The notes beneath the pieces were generated by a model that searched no databases, had not been told where the DNA came from, and was given only the letters and a program-made list of their open reading frames with translations. Below, one piece after another: positions 28,773-38,081 of a DNA stretch of 64,000 nucleotides. The translations under genes and the position numbers were made by a program. Source of the stretch: a virus; IMG/VR virus record IMGVR_UViG_3300027749_000040, positions 64,001 to 128,000 of that record; one strand, written 5' to 3'. Numbering within the stretch: position 1 is the stretch's first letter; each line of letters starts with the position of its first letter.

Positions 28773-29672
28773 ATGAAACAATACTTAGACTTACTACAAG
28801 ATATACTAGATAACGGAGAACTTAAAGATGACAGAACTGGTGTTGGCACCTATAGTGTTTTTGGACGTCATATTCGCTTTGATTTGCGTAGGGGCTTTCC
28901 CGCAGTCACTACTAAGAAACTTGCATGGAAAGCTTGTGTCGGTGAACTACTCTGGTTCATTGAAGGATCTAGTGATGAGCGTAGATTGGCAGAACTTACC
29001 CACGGTAGTGCAGAAGGAAAGGTTACTATCTGGACGCCAAATGCGCTTGCACCGTATTGGAAACCAAAAGCGAAATTCGAGGGCGATCTCGGTCGTGTTT
29101 ACGGGGTACAATGGCGTCATTGGAACAAATATCGTACAGAAAAAAACATGGGCTCGGCGCACAAAGGCGGCACACGCCTCGCTGTTGACCAAATTGAAGT
29201 CGACCAACTATCAACCCTTATTGAGGGGTTGAAGACTGATCCTAATGGACGTAGACACATTCTAAGTGCTTGGAATGTAAGTGAGTTAGATCAAATGGCG
29301 TTGCCCCCTTGTCATGTAATGAGTCAATTCTATGTCAACAAAAATAAAGAACTATCTTGCCATATGTATCAGCGTAGTGTGGATGTTTTTCTTGGCTTAC
29401 CTTTTAACATTGCTAGCTATGCGTTACTCACTCATTTGATTGCACATCACTGTGGATTAAAAGTAGGAGAGCTTATTATTAGTTCGGGTGACACACATAT
29501 CTACAAAGACCATATTGAACAAGTTAAAGAACAATTAACACGTGAAACATATCCATTGCCTACATTGATGTTAAATGCAGAAAAGACTAACATCTTTGAA
29601 ATGACAATGCAAGACATACATTTAGAGAACTATCAAAGTCATGGCCCTATCAAAGCAACAATGGCAATCTAA
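28773..29672 (+). CDS. thyA: Thymidylate synthase
   Basis: DRTGVGT, ELLWFI, YGVQWR, MALPPCH, YQRSVD.FLGLPFNIASY. Confidence 0.97.
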   Translation: MKQYLDLLQDILDNGELKDDRTGVGTYSVFGRHIRFDLRRGFPAVTTKKLAWKACVGELLWFIEGSSDERRLAELTHGSAEGKVTIWTPNALAPYWKPKAKFEGDLGRVYGVQWRHWNKYRTEKNMGSAHKGGTRLAVDQIEVDQLSTLIEGLKTDPNGRRHILSAWNVSELDQMALPPCHVMSQFYVNKNKELSCHMYQRSVDVFLGLPFNIASYALLTHLIAHHCGLKVGELIISSGDTHIYKDHIEQVKEQLTRETYPLPTLMLNAEKTNIFEMTMQDIHLENYQSHGPIKATMAI

Positions 29673-29970
29673 CGAATTCACTAGACCCAAGTATCAGGTA
29701 CAACTATCTGATACTGGGGAAGAGATGGTAACCATTACTCAAGTAGTTCACACTATTAAGATGGGTGATGTTGAAGATCCTGATTTGTTTGTTGCTCAAC
29801 CAATTTACGAATGGCAACAAACAGAAGCCGGTAAGTGGATAATGGAAAATTCTATACCTGCTCCTAGTTGGCATCGTAATCATGACATATACAATTATGG
29901 ATATACTTATCAGATTAGAGCATATCTAACACATAAACAATTAACATTTTGGAAGTTAAAATATGAGTAA
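29641..29970 (+). CDS. Hypothetical protein
   Basis: MGDVEDPDL...; ends TFWKLKYE. Confidence 0.65.
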   Translation: MALSKQQWQSNEFTRPKYQVQLSDTGEEMVTITQVVHTIKMGDVEDPDLFVAQPIYEWQQTEAGKWIMENSIPAPSWHRNHDIYNYGYTYQIRAYLTHKQLTFWKLKYE

Positions 29971-30937
29971 TATATTGGTTACTGGCGGACTAGGACTTAT
30001 TGGTCACAATGTAGTTAAACGACTACAAGATATGGGACATTTAGTATCTATAATGGATAACAAAACAAACTATGGAATTATTCCCCAAGATGAAATTGAT
30101 TACTTGATGGCCGAGCGAATGAAGAAGATTGATGAAACTAGTTTTATCTATGACAGAGACATTTGTGATGCAGAGGCAGTTAACTTTATCTTTAATGTAG
30201 AGCAACCAGAGATTGTTATACATATGGCTAGCTTCCCAAGACAAAAAGTAGTTAACGCAAATCCTGCTTGGGGAAGTCGTGTTATGAGTGAAGGGTTGCT
30301 CAACTTGCTGGAAGCTAGTAATAAGTATGATGTACGTAAGTTTATCTATATCAGCAGTTCAATGGTGTATGGTGACTTCACTGATGATGTAACAGAAGAT
30401 TATGATTGCAAACCTCAAGGTCAGTATGGTATATTGAAACTGGCAGGTGAAGATTTAGTCAAAGACTACACACGCAGAACTAATCTTGTCCATACAATTA
30501 TTCGTCCAAGTGCGGTCTATGGTGAACTAGATGTTGAGGATCGTGTTATTGCTAAGTTTATGCTTACTGCCATGCGGGGTGGCACATTGAATGTTAATGG
30601 TGCAAATGAAACATTAGACTTTACTTATGTTGAAGATGCCGCAGATGGCATTGTAGGTGCCGCATTAAGCGACAATACAGAGAACAAAACATATAACATC
30701 ACCAAAAGCCATAGTCGAACCTTACTTGATGCGGCTAACTTGGCAGTCAAATGTGCAGGCAAAGGCTCAATCAATGTAAGAGATAAAGATGCAGACTTCC
30801 CCAGTCGTGGTGCATTAAACATTGATGCGGCACGTAGTGACTTTAGATATGATCCTAAAGTAGACGTAGAAGAAGGCTTTCAAAAATATTATGATTGGCT
30901 TAGTACATCAAGGTACTGGCAGGATAAAATAAAATGA
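29963..30937 (+). CDS. NAD-dependent nucleotide-sugar epimerase/dehydratase (extended SDR)
   Basis: TGGLGLIG, ISSSMVYG, YGILK, DFTYVED. Confidence 0.92.
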   Translation: MSNILVTGGLGLIGHNVVKRLQDMGHLVSIMDNKTNYGIIPQDEIDYLMAERMKKIDETSFIYDRDICDAEAVNFIFNVEQPEIVIHMASFPRQKVVNANPAWGSRVMSEGLLNLLEASNKYDVRKFIYISSSMVYGDFTDDVTEDYDCKPQGQYGILKLAGEDLVKDYTRRTNLVHTIIRPSAVYGELDVEDRVIAKFMLTAMRGGTLNVNGANETLDFTYVEDAADGIVGAALSDNTENKTYNITKSHSRTLLDAANLAVKCAGKGSINVRDKDADFPSRGALNIDAARSDFRYDPKVDVEEGFQKYYDWLSTSRYWQDKIK

Positions 30938-31143
30938 ATGAACTAGAAACTGCATTGAAAGCACATGATTGGTCTCTAGATGGATATAAATCTAGACTTA
31001 ACATAGACAAGTTGATGAAAGAAAATACCGAACAATCAAAATTGTTATGGGAACAATACTGTCCGTGGTCTGTTACTAACGGCGGGTATATAGCTTGGGC
31101 AAAAAATGCAAATCTCCCACTTCGGTCTAGCAAGACAGTATAA
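30934..31143 (+). CDS. Hypothetical protein
   Basis: ATGA-coupled 69-aa ORF. Confidence 0.55.
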   Translation: MNELETALKAHDWSLDGYKSRLNIDKLMKENTEQSKLLWEQYCPWSVTNGGYIAWAKNANLPLRSSKTV

Positions 31144-32155
31144 GAACATTGGTCCAGAGTTGCTTGATGCAACTCACCGAGCCCTTAAAGATGGACAGCT
31201 TGTAGGTGGACATTATACACGCTCGTTTGAAGAATGGCTAAAGCATCGTACTAAAACAAAGTATGCTGTTACTGTTCATAGTGGCACACAAGCATTAGAG
31301 ATTATCGCAAGATATAAAAAGAAAAAGCATAACGAAACAATGGAAGGCAATCCTAAAGTTGGTATACCTAATTTAACTTATCCAGCAACATTGAACTCAT
31401 TCTTAACTGCAGGCTGGGATATAGAGTTAGTTGATACTGATAAAAATGGAATCATTGAAAAATACATAGTAGGATACACGTGTGTCATGGGTTATGCAGG
31501 TCGTAAGCCTTGGCCTATTGCAGGGTATACTAGCGCAAATGCAGTGATTGTAGACGGAGCACAACATTGGTTAGTATGTGACGGAGATGTTGGTAGTGGT
31601 ATGTCTATTAGTTTTGATCCTACAAAAAACTTACCTAGTTCAGGTAATGGTGGTGCAATTGTAACAAATGACGAACAACTATATCTGTTTGCCGCAACAT
31701 ACAGAGACAACAACAAACCTGCATTCCATGATGCAGGAACTAACAGCAAGATGAGTGAACAAGATTGTGCTCAGATTCTTGTTAGAGCAAAGTATATTGA
31801 TGGATGGCAAAAGCGTAGAAGTGAGATTTCCAAGTATTGGTGTAATGCGTTCAGAGAACTACCATTAACTTGTCTGTCTGACACAACAACTCCTCATGCA
31901 CATCAAAAGTTTGTGTTATATTTACCTGATCGTAATAGCTTACATACTCATTTATTGACTGATGGTATTGATAGTAAGATTCATTATGAGTATGTACTAG
32001 GTGACTTACCTACAGCAAAGAATTTACCAAAGCCTGACTTGTTATCTACTAGCGTAATGCTAAGTCGCGGTGTGTTAAGTTTACCAATCTATCCTGAATT
32101 AACTGATGTAGAAGTTGATTATATAGCTGAGAAGGTTCATGAGTTCTATAAATAA
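31106..32155 (+). CDS. DegT/DnrJ/EryC1/StrS PLP-dependent sugar aminotransferase
   Basis: SGTQAL, VDGAQH, SFDPTKNL (PLP Lys), GGAIVTND, LSLPIYPEL. Confidence 0.9.
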   Translation: MQISHFGLARQYKNIGPELLDATHRALKDGQLVGGHYTRSFEEWLKHRTKTKYAVTVHSGTQALEIIARYKKKKHNETMEGNPKVGIPNLTYPATLNSFLTAGWDIELVDTDKNGIIEKYIVGYTCVMGYAGRKPWPIAGYTSANAVIVDGAQHWLVCDGDVGSGMSISFDPTKNLPSSGNGGAIVTNDEQLYLFAATYRDNNKPAFHDAGTNSKMSEQDCAQILVRAKYIDGWQKRRSEISKYWCNAFRELPLTCLSDTTTPHAHQKFVLYLPDRNSLHTHLLTDGIDSKIHYEYVLGDLPTAKNLPKPDLLSTSVMLSRGVLSLPIYPELTDVEVDYIAEKVHEFYK

Positions 32156-32158
32156 CTG

Positions 32159-33106
32159 ATGATAAAGATACCAGTCAAAGTAGAAAAAGCAGTTAAATCT
32201 GAATGTAAGTTTATTGAATGGAAGATTCATAATGTATGCAATCTTAATTGTAGTTTTTGTGGATTAGAAAATAAAGATGGATCACAGCGATGGTCTTCTT
32301 TAGCATCATATAAAGAGTACACCGATAAGATAGTAGATAGTTGCAATGGTATTCCTTTTTGGATTCAAATAACAGGTGGTGAACCTACATTGTTTCCTGA
32401 ATTGATAGAACTAATAAAATATATCAAACAAAAAGGTGGTTATACTTCATTAATATCAAATGGTAGTAGAACATTAAGGTGGTGGCAAGAATTAAAAGAA
32501 TCAATGTCACTCGATCAGTTGTATATAACTTATCACAGCGAACAAACAAATGACTACCAGCATGTTGCAAATGTACTTAATATTTTTCATAATGAACCCA
32601 CAGAAACCATTTGCTTGATAACACATATAGTATTATCAATTGATTTGGCCTTTGAAGCTGGTCACTTTATGCAAGAAAATACAGGCGCAACCACAATTAT
32701 AAAAGGTATGTCTACGCCAGACATATACAAAGACTATTCTACAGAACAATTAATCACACTGAAAAAATCAAATAGTCTATTTGGCAATTTAAAAAAATAT
32801 AAAAGAAAAAATAATGTACCAGTTAAACATATGATTGATAGTGCATTATTAATAACATATGACGATGGTTCTACTAAGATAGAAAATCCGCAAACATTGA
32901 TGAAAAATCAAGAAAATTATTTTTTAGGATGGAAATGTGATACAGGCAGAAATTTTATGAGAGTAGATTCTATGGATAAAATATATAGAGGTGTATGTGG
33001 TGAGGGAGGATCTTCTACAGAAATAAAGTTTACAGAAGATTATATGATATGTAACAGAAACAAATGTTTTTGCACCACCGACCTAATATCTACTAAAATG
33101 AAATGA
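32159..33106 (+). CDS. Radical SAM protein
   Basis: CNLNCSFC, TGGEPT, ISNG; C-terminal Cys cluster. Confidence 0.88.
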   Translation: MIKIPVKVEKAVKSECKFIEWKIHNVCNLNCSFCGLENKDGSQRWSSLASYKEYTDKIVDSCNGIPFWIQITGGEPTLFPELIELIKYIKQKGGYTSLISNGSRTLRWWQELKESMSLDQLYITYHSEQTNDYQHVANVLNIFHNEPTETICLITHIVLSIDLAFEAGHFMQENTGATTIIKGMSTPDIYKDYSTEQLITLKKSNSLFGNLKKYKRKNNVPVKHMIDSALLITYDDGSTKIENPQTLMKNQENYFLGWKCDTGRNFMRVDSMDKIYRGVCGEGGSSTEIKFTEDYMICNRNKCFCTTDLISTKMK

Positions 33107-33140
33107 ATATTTGTTTAATATTAGTATAAATAAGAATACT

Positions 33141-33599
33141 ATGTGGATACTATCAATATTACCCGACGCCGCAATACATATAATATTTCTATTAGGTATT
33201 TTAGGCACCCTTGCTGGATTCATCTTAGGATTCATTCCTTTTGTCAAAACTTATCAAGTTGTCATACAAATCTGTAGCATTATTATACTTGTATTTGGTG
33301 TATACCTTGAAGGAGGCTTAGTTGACTACAAAAAATGGGAACTTAAAGTCAAAGAGATGGAAGCTAAAATTGCACACGCTGAAATAAAGTCTAGCGAAAA
33401 GAATGCGGAGATGCAACAAAAAATCGTAGAAAAAACCAAGATAGTACGAGAAAAGGGTCTTGACATAATTAAGTATATAGACCGCGAGGTAGTCATGAAT
33501 CAAGAAATTGTCAAGTACATTGAAAATTGCCCGATTCCTAAAGAAATTATAGACATACATAATCAAGCTACAGAATTGAATAAGGCGGCTATAAAATGA
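33141..33599 (+). CDS. Putative i-spanin (Rz-like)
   Basis: N-terminal TM segments, coiled coil, C-terminal Cys; overlaps a downstream lipoprotein; start re-called after TATAAATA. Confidence 0.6.
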   Translation: MWILSILPDAAIHIIFLLGILGTLAGFILGFIPFVKTYQVVIQICSIIILVFGVYLEGGLVDYKKWELKVKEMEAKIAHAEIKSSEKNAEMQQKIVEKTKIVREKGLDIIKYIDREVVMNQEIVKYIENCPIPKEIIDIHNQATELNKAAIK

Positions 33600-33856
33600 G
33601 ATATTTACTAATTGCCCTATTATTAGCAGGATGTTCCACAACTGTACCTGTAACTCAAAAGTTTCCTAATGCTATCCCCGAATTGATGCAAAGTTGTGAA
33701 AATCTTAAAAAAGTTGAGGGTGATAAAGTAGCTATTACAGAAATGCTTAAGGTCATTATACACAACTATTCACTATACTATGAATGTTCAGCTAAAGTTG
33801 ACAGTTGGCAAGAGTGGTATAACGAACAAAAAAAGATATTTGATAGTGTAAAATAG
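33596..33856 (+). CDS. Putative o-spanin (Rz1-like lipoprotein)
   Basis: LLAGC lipobox, P.ELMQSC...YYEC. Confidence 0.65.
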   Translation: MRYLLIALLLAGCSTTVPVTQKFPNAIPELMQSCENLKKVEGDKVAITEMLKVIIHNYSLYYECSAKVDSWQEWYNEQKKIFDSVK

Positions 33857-33936
33857 TAACATATTATGAAATATGTTGTAGGCCAAAAAAGAATTGGTCA
33901 GGCTTCTGATAAATACATTATAGTCTAGGAATTATA

Positions 33937-34758
33937 ATGACACAAGAAGTTATTGAAACAGGGGAAATACCAAACGATGGTTCTGGTGATCCACTTCGTT
34001 TAGCATTTGATAAAATTAACAACAATTTTGCTAACTTGTTTACCACAATAGGTGCTAATGTTGAGTTGATTGATTCCTCGCAATTTCCAGAAAGCAATGT
34101 GTCTAACAATGGTGGCACACAGAATATTTTAAATATTGGTCAAGTTATATTTAACACGACACAAATTGTTGAATCTATACCCACTGAACCGCAATTATTA
34201 TCATTTACTACGACGGAAGGCCCGTACGGGGCACAAGAATACATCAATATAGGTGCTACCCCTAACGATGGTCAAGGTGATCCATTACGAGTTGCATTTG
34301 GTAAGATAAACAATAACTTTAGCAATTTATTCTTTACAACAACTAACACCAGTAATGTATATACAAGTGGATTAACGCCAGGACAAGTTATATATGAGTA
34401 TCCAGCAAATAGCTTTACACAAGGCTCATTTCAGATTAGATCAAGCGATCCGGGAACGCCTAATAGTCAAGACATTACTATTTCAGCGCAAATTACAAAT
34501 AATAATGACGCAGTAAAGTTTACTGGTTATGCTATGACTTTTGCAGGTAATGCATTAACTAGATACGATATGGATGTAACTGGTGGAAATGTTAGAATTC
34601 TTGCCAATCCTATTGCAAATGCTTTTATTCTACATTTTATTGCATCTCAGGTTACATTCATTGGTGTCATGACACCGGGTGTTGATATTGGTCTTGACGG
34701 CTATGTTGATTCTGTTTTAGGCACACAAAATGGTGATATACTAACAACTGAAAATTAA
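33937..34758 (+). CDS. Baseplate/tail-associated structural protein with two gp9/gp10-like N-terminal motifs
   Basis: PNDGxGDPLRxAFxKINNNF occurs twice. Confidence 0.65.
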   Translation: MTQEVIETGEIPNDGSGDPLRLAFDKINNNFANLFTTIGANVELIDSSQFPESNVSNNGGTQNILNIGQVIFNTTQIVESIPTEPQLLSFTTTEGPYGAQEYINIGATPNDGQGDPLRVAFGKINNNFSNLFFTTTNTSNVYTSGLTPGQVIYEYPANSFTQGSFQIRSSDPGTPNSQDITISAQITNNNDAVKFTGYAMTFAGNALTRYDMDVTGGNVRILANPIANAFILHFIASQVTFIGVMTPGVDIGLDGYVDSVLGTQNGDILTTEN

Positions 34759-34759
34759 A

Positions 34760-35155
34760 ATGCGAGCTAAAGAATTTATAAATGAAGGTAGAACTGGTAC
34801 AATCACACGTGATGTGGGATTGGCTCTACCCGGTGCATTTAAGATTCCTGCTCTTAAAAATCAAGACCCATACTTACAATATCGTTTTGGTGTAGCAATT
34901 GCTGGCGCTAAAGGTGCGGCTCAACGTGCTCAGGATCATGTACCAAAGTTTGACGGTAAAGAATCAGTGTTTGGTGAAAATGAAATCATAGTAAGCTATG
35001 ACCCAATGGCAGAAGTATGGATCAAAGACGCACTAGTATCAATGGGTATGCCTGCAAGCGATGCTGTACGTATTGGTACACAAGCTAGTGAAGAAGCACC
35101 TGATGTAGATAAATCTAGCCCAGTCAAAGCCTTTAAAGGATACAAGAGAAAATGA
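34760..35155 (+). CDS. Putative internal head protein
   Basis: MRAKEFINE resembles the T4 capsid-targeting sequence; paralog of next gene. Confidence 0.5.
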   Translation: MRAKEFINEGRTGTITRDVGLALPGAFKIPALKNQDPYLQYRFGVAIAGAKGAAQRAQDHVPKFDGKESVFGENEIIVSYDPMAEVWIKDALVSMGMPASDAVRIGTQASEEAPDVDKSSPVKAFKGYKRK

Positions 35156-35526
35156 GAGCATATGAATTTTTAACTGAAGGTGAAGGCAAACCTCACCCTC
35201 ATCATTCGTCTGTATCACAGGGTATCTTTAAAACACGTGATATTGGTGGATATGATCGTATCTATCACATGAATCGTTTATGGATGGCAATGGCAATGGC
35301 TGATGGTAAAAGTCAAGATGCAGTTGAAATGGACAGTGCTAGTTTTGCTGAAAAGTATAACACGGTTCATCCATACACAGAAGAAGAATACAATATGTTT
35401 GTTGCGGCGACTAAAACTATACCAACAGATAAAAAAGATGTTGTGCCCTATAGTAAATCACAAGAACCTGATGATACTAACAAAACAAGTTTAGTCAAGC
35501 CATTCAAAGGCTACAAGAAAAAATAA
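35152..35526 (+). CDS. Putative internal head protein
   Basis: MRAYEFLTE; shares C-terminal SxVKxFKGYK with previous gene. Confidence 0.5.
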   Translation: MRAYEFLTEGEGKPHPHHSSVSQGIFKTRDIGGYDRIYHMNRLWMAMAMADGKSQDAVEMDSASFAEKYNTVHPYTEEEYNMFVAATKTIPTDKKDVVPYSKSQEPDDTNKTSLVKPFKGYKKK

Positions 35527-35579
35527 TTTCACTACCACATTTTTTGAATAAGTAATTATATCAAATTACAGGATTCTCA

Positions 35580-36269
35580 ATGATTGATATCAACAATACT
35601 CTCGACTTAATTAAACTAAAATTCTACAACGAATGGTTATACACAGCACATATCTATGATGAGGGCAACAGCCAAATGCATGAGAATCTCACTAGAGAAG
35701 TCGTTGCAAAATATATAGATCCTCTCAACTTACCAAAAGATATTAAAATCTTAGATTTAGGATGTGGTCCGGGTTATTTCTTAGATGAGATGAAAATTCG
35801 TAACTACACAGATGTTACTGGAGTTACATTAAGTCCCGGTGACATTAAGATTTGTGAAGATAAGGGTCACAAAATTGAAAAATATGATTTAAGTTTTCTT
35901 CCTCAAAAAGATGGATATTTTGATGAAAGTGTAGACTTTATTTTCTTGCGACATGCGTTAGAACACAGTCCATACCCTATCTTTAGTATTATGGAATATA
36001 ATCGTGTTTTAAAACAAAACGGTAAAATTTACATTGAAGTTCCTGCTCCAAATTGTGACCGCAAGCACGAATGGAATGCGAACCATTATAGTATATTAGG
36101 TGAACAACAACTAGCCGCGTTATTGACACGATGTGGATTTAATATTGATTACTTTAATAATTTAGAATTTGATATTCAAACACCGAACGATAAAGGTGAA
36201 TTGGCAACATCTAAAGAAAAATATTATTGTGTTTTAGCTACAAAAGCAAGACCGTTGGATATTAAATAA
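35580..36269 (+). CDS. Class I SAM-dependent methyltransferase
   Basis: ILDLGCGPG, VDFIFLRHALEH, RVLKQNG. Confidence 0.88.
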   Translation: MIDINNTLDLIKLKFYNEWLYTAHIYDEGNSQMHENLTREVVAKYIDPLNLPKDIKILDLGCGPGYFLDEMKIRNYTDVTGVTLSPGDIKICEDKGHKIEKYDLSFLPQKDGYFDESVDFIFLRHALEHSPYPIFSIMEYNRVLKQNGKIYIEVPAPNCDRKHEWNANHYSILGEQQLAALLTRCGFNIDYFNNLEFDIQTPNDKGELATSKEKYYCVLATKARPLDIK

Positions 36270-36275
36270 TGTAAA

Positions 36276-36950
36276 ATGAATCAATTTTTTATTAATTATT
36301 ATATAGGTGCAAGAGGTGATTTTTTAATAAAATGTTTACATGGTGATGTATTCGATGATAGTTTATTCAAGACATTATCTATTTTTTCTAAAATCCCTAC
36401 CACATTAGATTATAGTATAAAAATTCACGGTGATATTAACCCCGCGATAACAGAAATACAAAATTTTTCAAAAAAAAACAATTCTTGGGAAGAATTGTTT
36501 GATAATGTTAATAAACATCAATTAATAAAAATAAAAATACTTGCAGAATCATTTGAAGAACGCATTGATGTGATGTGGTTGGCATTAGCCAAAATTGTTT
36601 TAAATAATACAGAACACGTGCCGCATTTAACTAGTGAAGAGGTTCCTATACCTACATTAGACATACTAAATGCCAATAATATGTATATGTTAGATGGTGT
36701 TAATGTACATTTACCTAATGCTCAAAATATGGACAAAAAGTTTCAGCATGAATATGATTACATCATAAAGTTTGAAGACCTTTTTAATGCCGAATACATT
36801 CGAGATTTGTATAAGAAGATTAATGGCAAAGACATGCATTATTTACGATTTAAAGCCATAGAGAAAAATATTGCAATGCAGTATAGAATTAGTAAATCTG
36901 AGTTTTATCCAATTCTTAAACAAAGATATAATGCACTTGCTATAAACTAA
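36276..36950 (+). CDS. Hypothetical protein
   Basis: AT-rich ORF; YYIGARGDFL; IKFEDLF. Confidence 0.6.
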   Translation: MNQFFINYYIGARGDFLIKCLHGDVFDDSLFKTLSIFSKIPTTLDYSIKIHGDINPAITEIQNFSKKNNSWEELFDNVNKHQLIKIKILAESFEERIDVMWLALAKIVLNNTEHVPHLTSEEVPIPTLDILNANNMYMLDGVNVHLPNAQNMDKKFQHEYDYIIKFEDLFNAEYIRDLYKKINGKDMHYLRFKAIEKNIAMQYRISKSEFYPILKQRYNALAIN

Positions 36951-36959
36951 ATACTCATT

Positions 36960-38081
36960 ATGAGTGATAATTTTTGTCCAGCCCCTTGGACCAGTATATA
37001 TACTAGCCCTAGTGGATTAGTAAAGCCGTGCTGTGTGTCTAAAGATACATTAGGTAATTTGAACAAAGATACTGTGTCAGATATCTTAAACAATGACAGA
37101 CATAAATTAATACAAAAAGAAATTTTAGAAAACAAATTACCTAAAGGTTGTTCGAATTGTAAAATAGGACCAGATAGTTTTAAAAAAACTATGGTAAAAA
37201 AATTTGAAAAATATCTACCAAATAAATCTTTCTATCAAAATGAAGGTAATTTTGAATTAAGACTTGCTGATTTACGATTTAGAAATACATGTAACTATGC
37301 GTGTATATATTGTGGCCCTGAACTCAGCTCACTTTGGGCTTCAATTAACAACAATTCTTATATAAACATTGAATCAGAGACACGCACTGACCTAATTGAA
37401 TATATTTTAACAAATGCAACAACATTAAATGATGTTATGCTTGCCGGTGGTGAACCATTATTGATTAAAGAAAATGAAATAATTTTACAAAAACTACTGG
37501 AAGTAAATCCAAATGTTCAAATATTCGTAAACACTAACCTATCGCAAATTAAAAATAACAAGATTTATGATTTACTGTTAAAATTTAAAAATGTTTGTTG
37601 GATTGTAAGTGTTGAAGATATAGGAGACCGATACAACTATATCAGATGGCCGGGTACTTGGGATAATTTTTATCACAACTTATTAGAATTAAAAAAAATT
37701 GAAGGTCATGATATTACATTTAACATGGTCTATACCATACTAAATTATAAAAGTATTTTTGATTGTATCAACTTATTAAAAAATAATGGATTTGTTTCAT
37801 TTACTATAACATATGTAAGTGGGAAGGCCGGATATTGGTTAGATCCAAGACACTTACCAACGGAACAATTAGAGGATATTAAAAATTTTTTAAAATTGAA
37901 AATAGATACTGGAACTGAAAAAAATACTTACCAAACTTTATTAAATAAAATTAATGAAGAATATAAACCAAACATCAATACTGTATTAGAGCGGTTAAAA
38001 AAATTTGATAGTGATAGGAAACTGAATAGCCAATATGTTTTCCCAGATCTGTATAAACTTATAAATATTCACTATGAGTAA
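36960..38081 (+). CDS. Twitch/SPASM-domain radical SAM protein
   Basis: FCPAPW...VKPCC...CSNC; CNYACIYC; AGGEP. Confidence 0.9.
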   Translation: MSDNFCPAPWTSIYTSPSGLVKPCCVSKDTLGNLNKDTVSDILNNDRHKLIQKEILENKLPKGCSNCKIGPDSFKKTMVKKFEKYLPNKSFYQNEGNFELRLADLRFRNTCNYACIYCGPELSSLWASINNNSYINIESETRTDLIEYILTNATTLNDVMLAGGEPLLIKENEIILQKLLEVNPNVQIFVNTNLSQIKNNKIYDLLLKFKNVCWIVSVEDIGDRYNYIRWPGTWDNFYHNLLELKKIEGHDITFNMVYTILNYKSIFDCINLLKNNGFVSFTITYVSGKAGYWLDPRHLPTEQLEDIKNFLKLKIDTGTEKNTYQTLLNKINEEYKPNINTVLERLKKFDSDRKLNSQYVFPDLYKLINIHYE

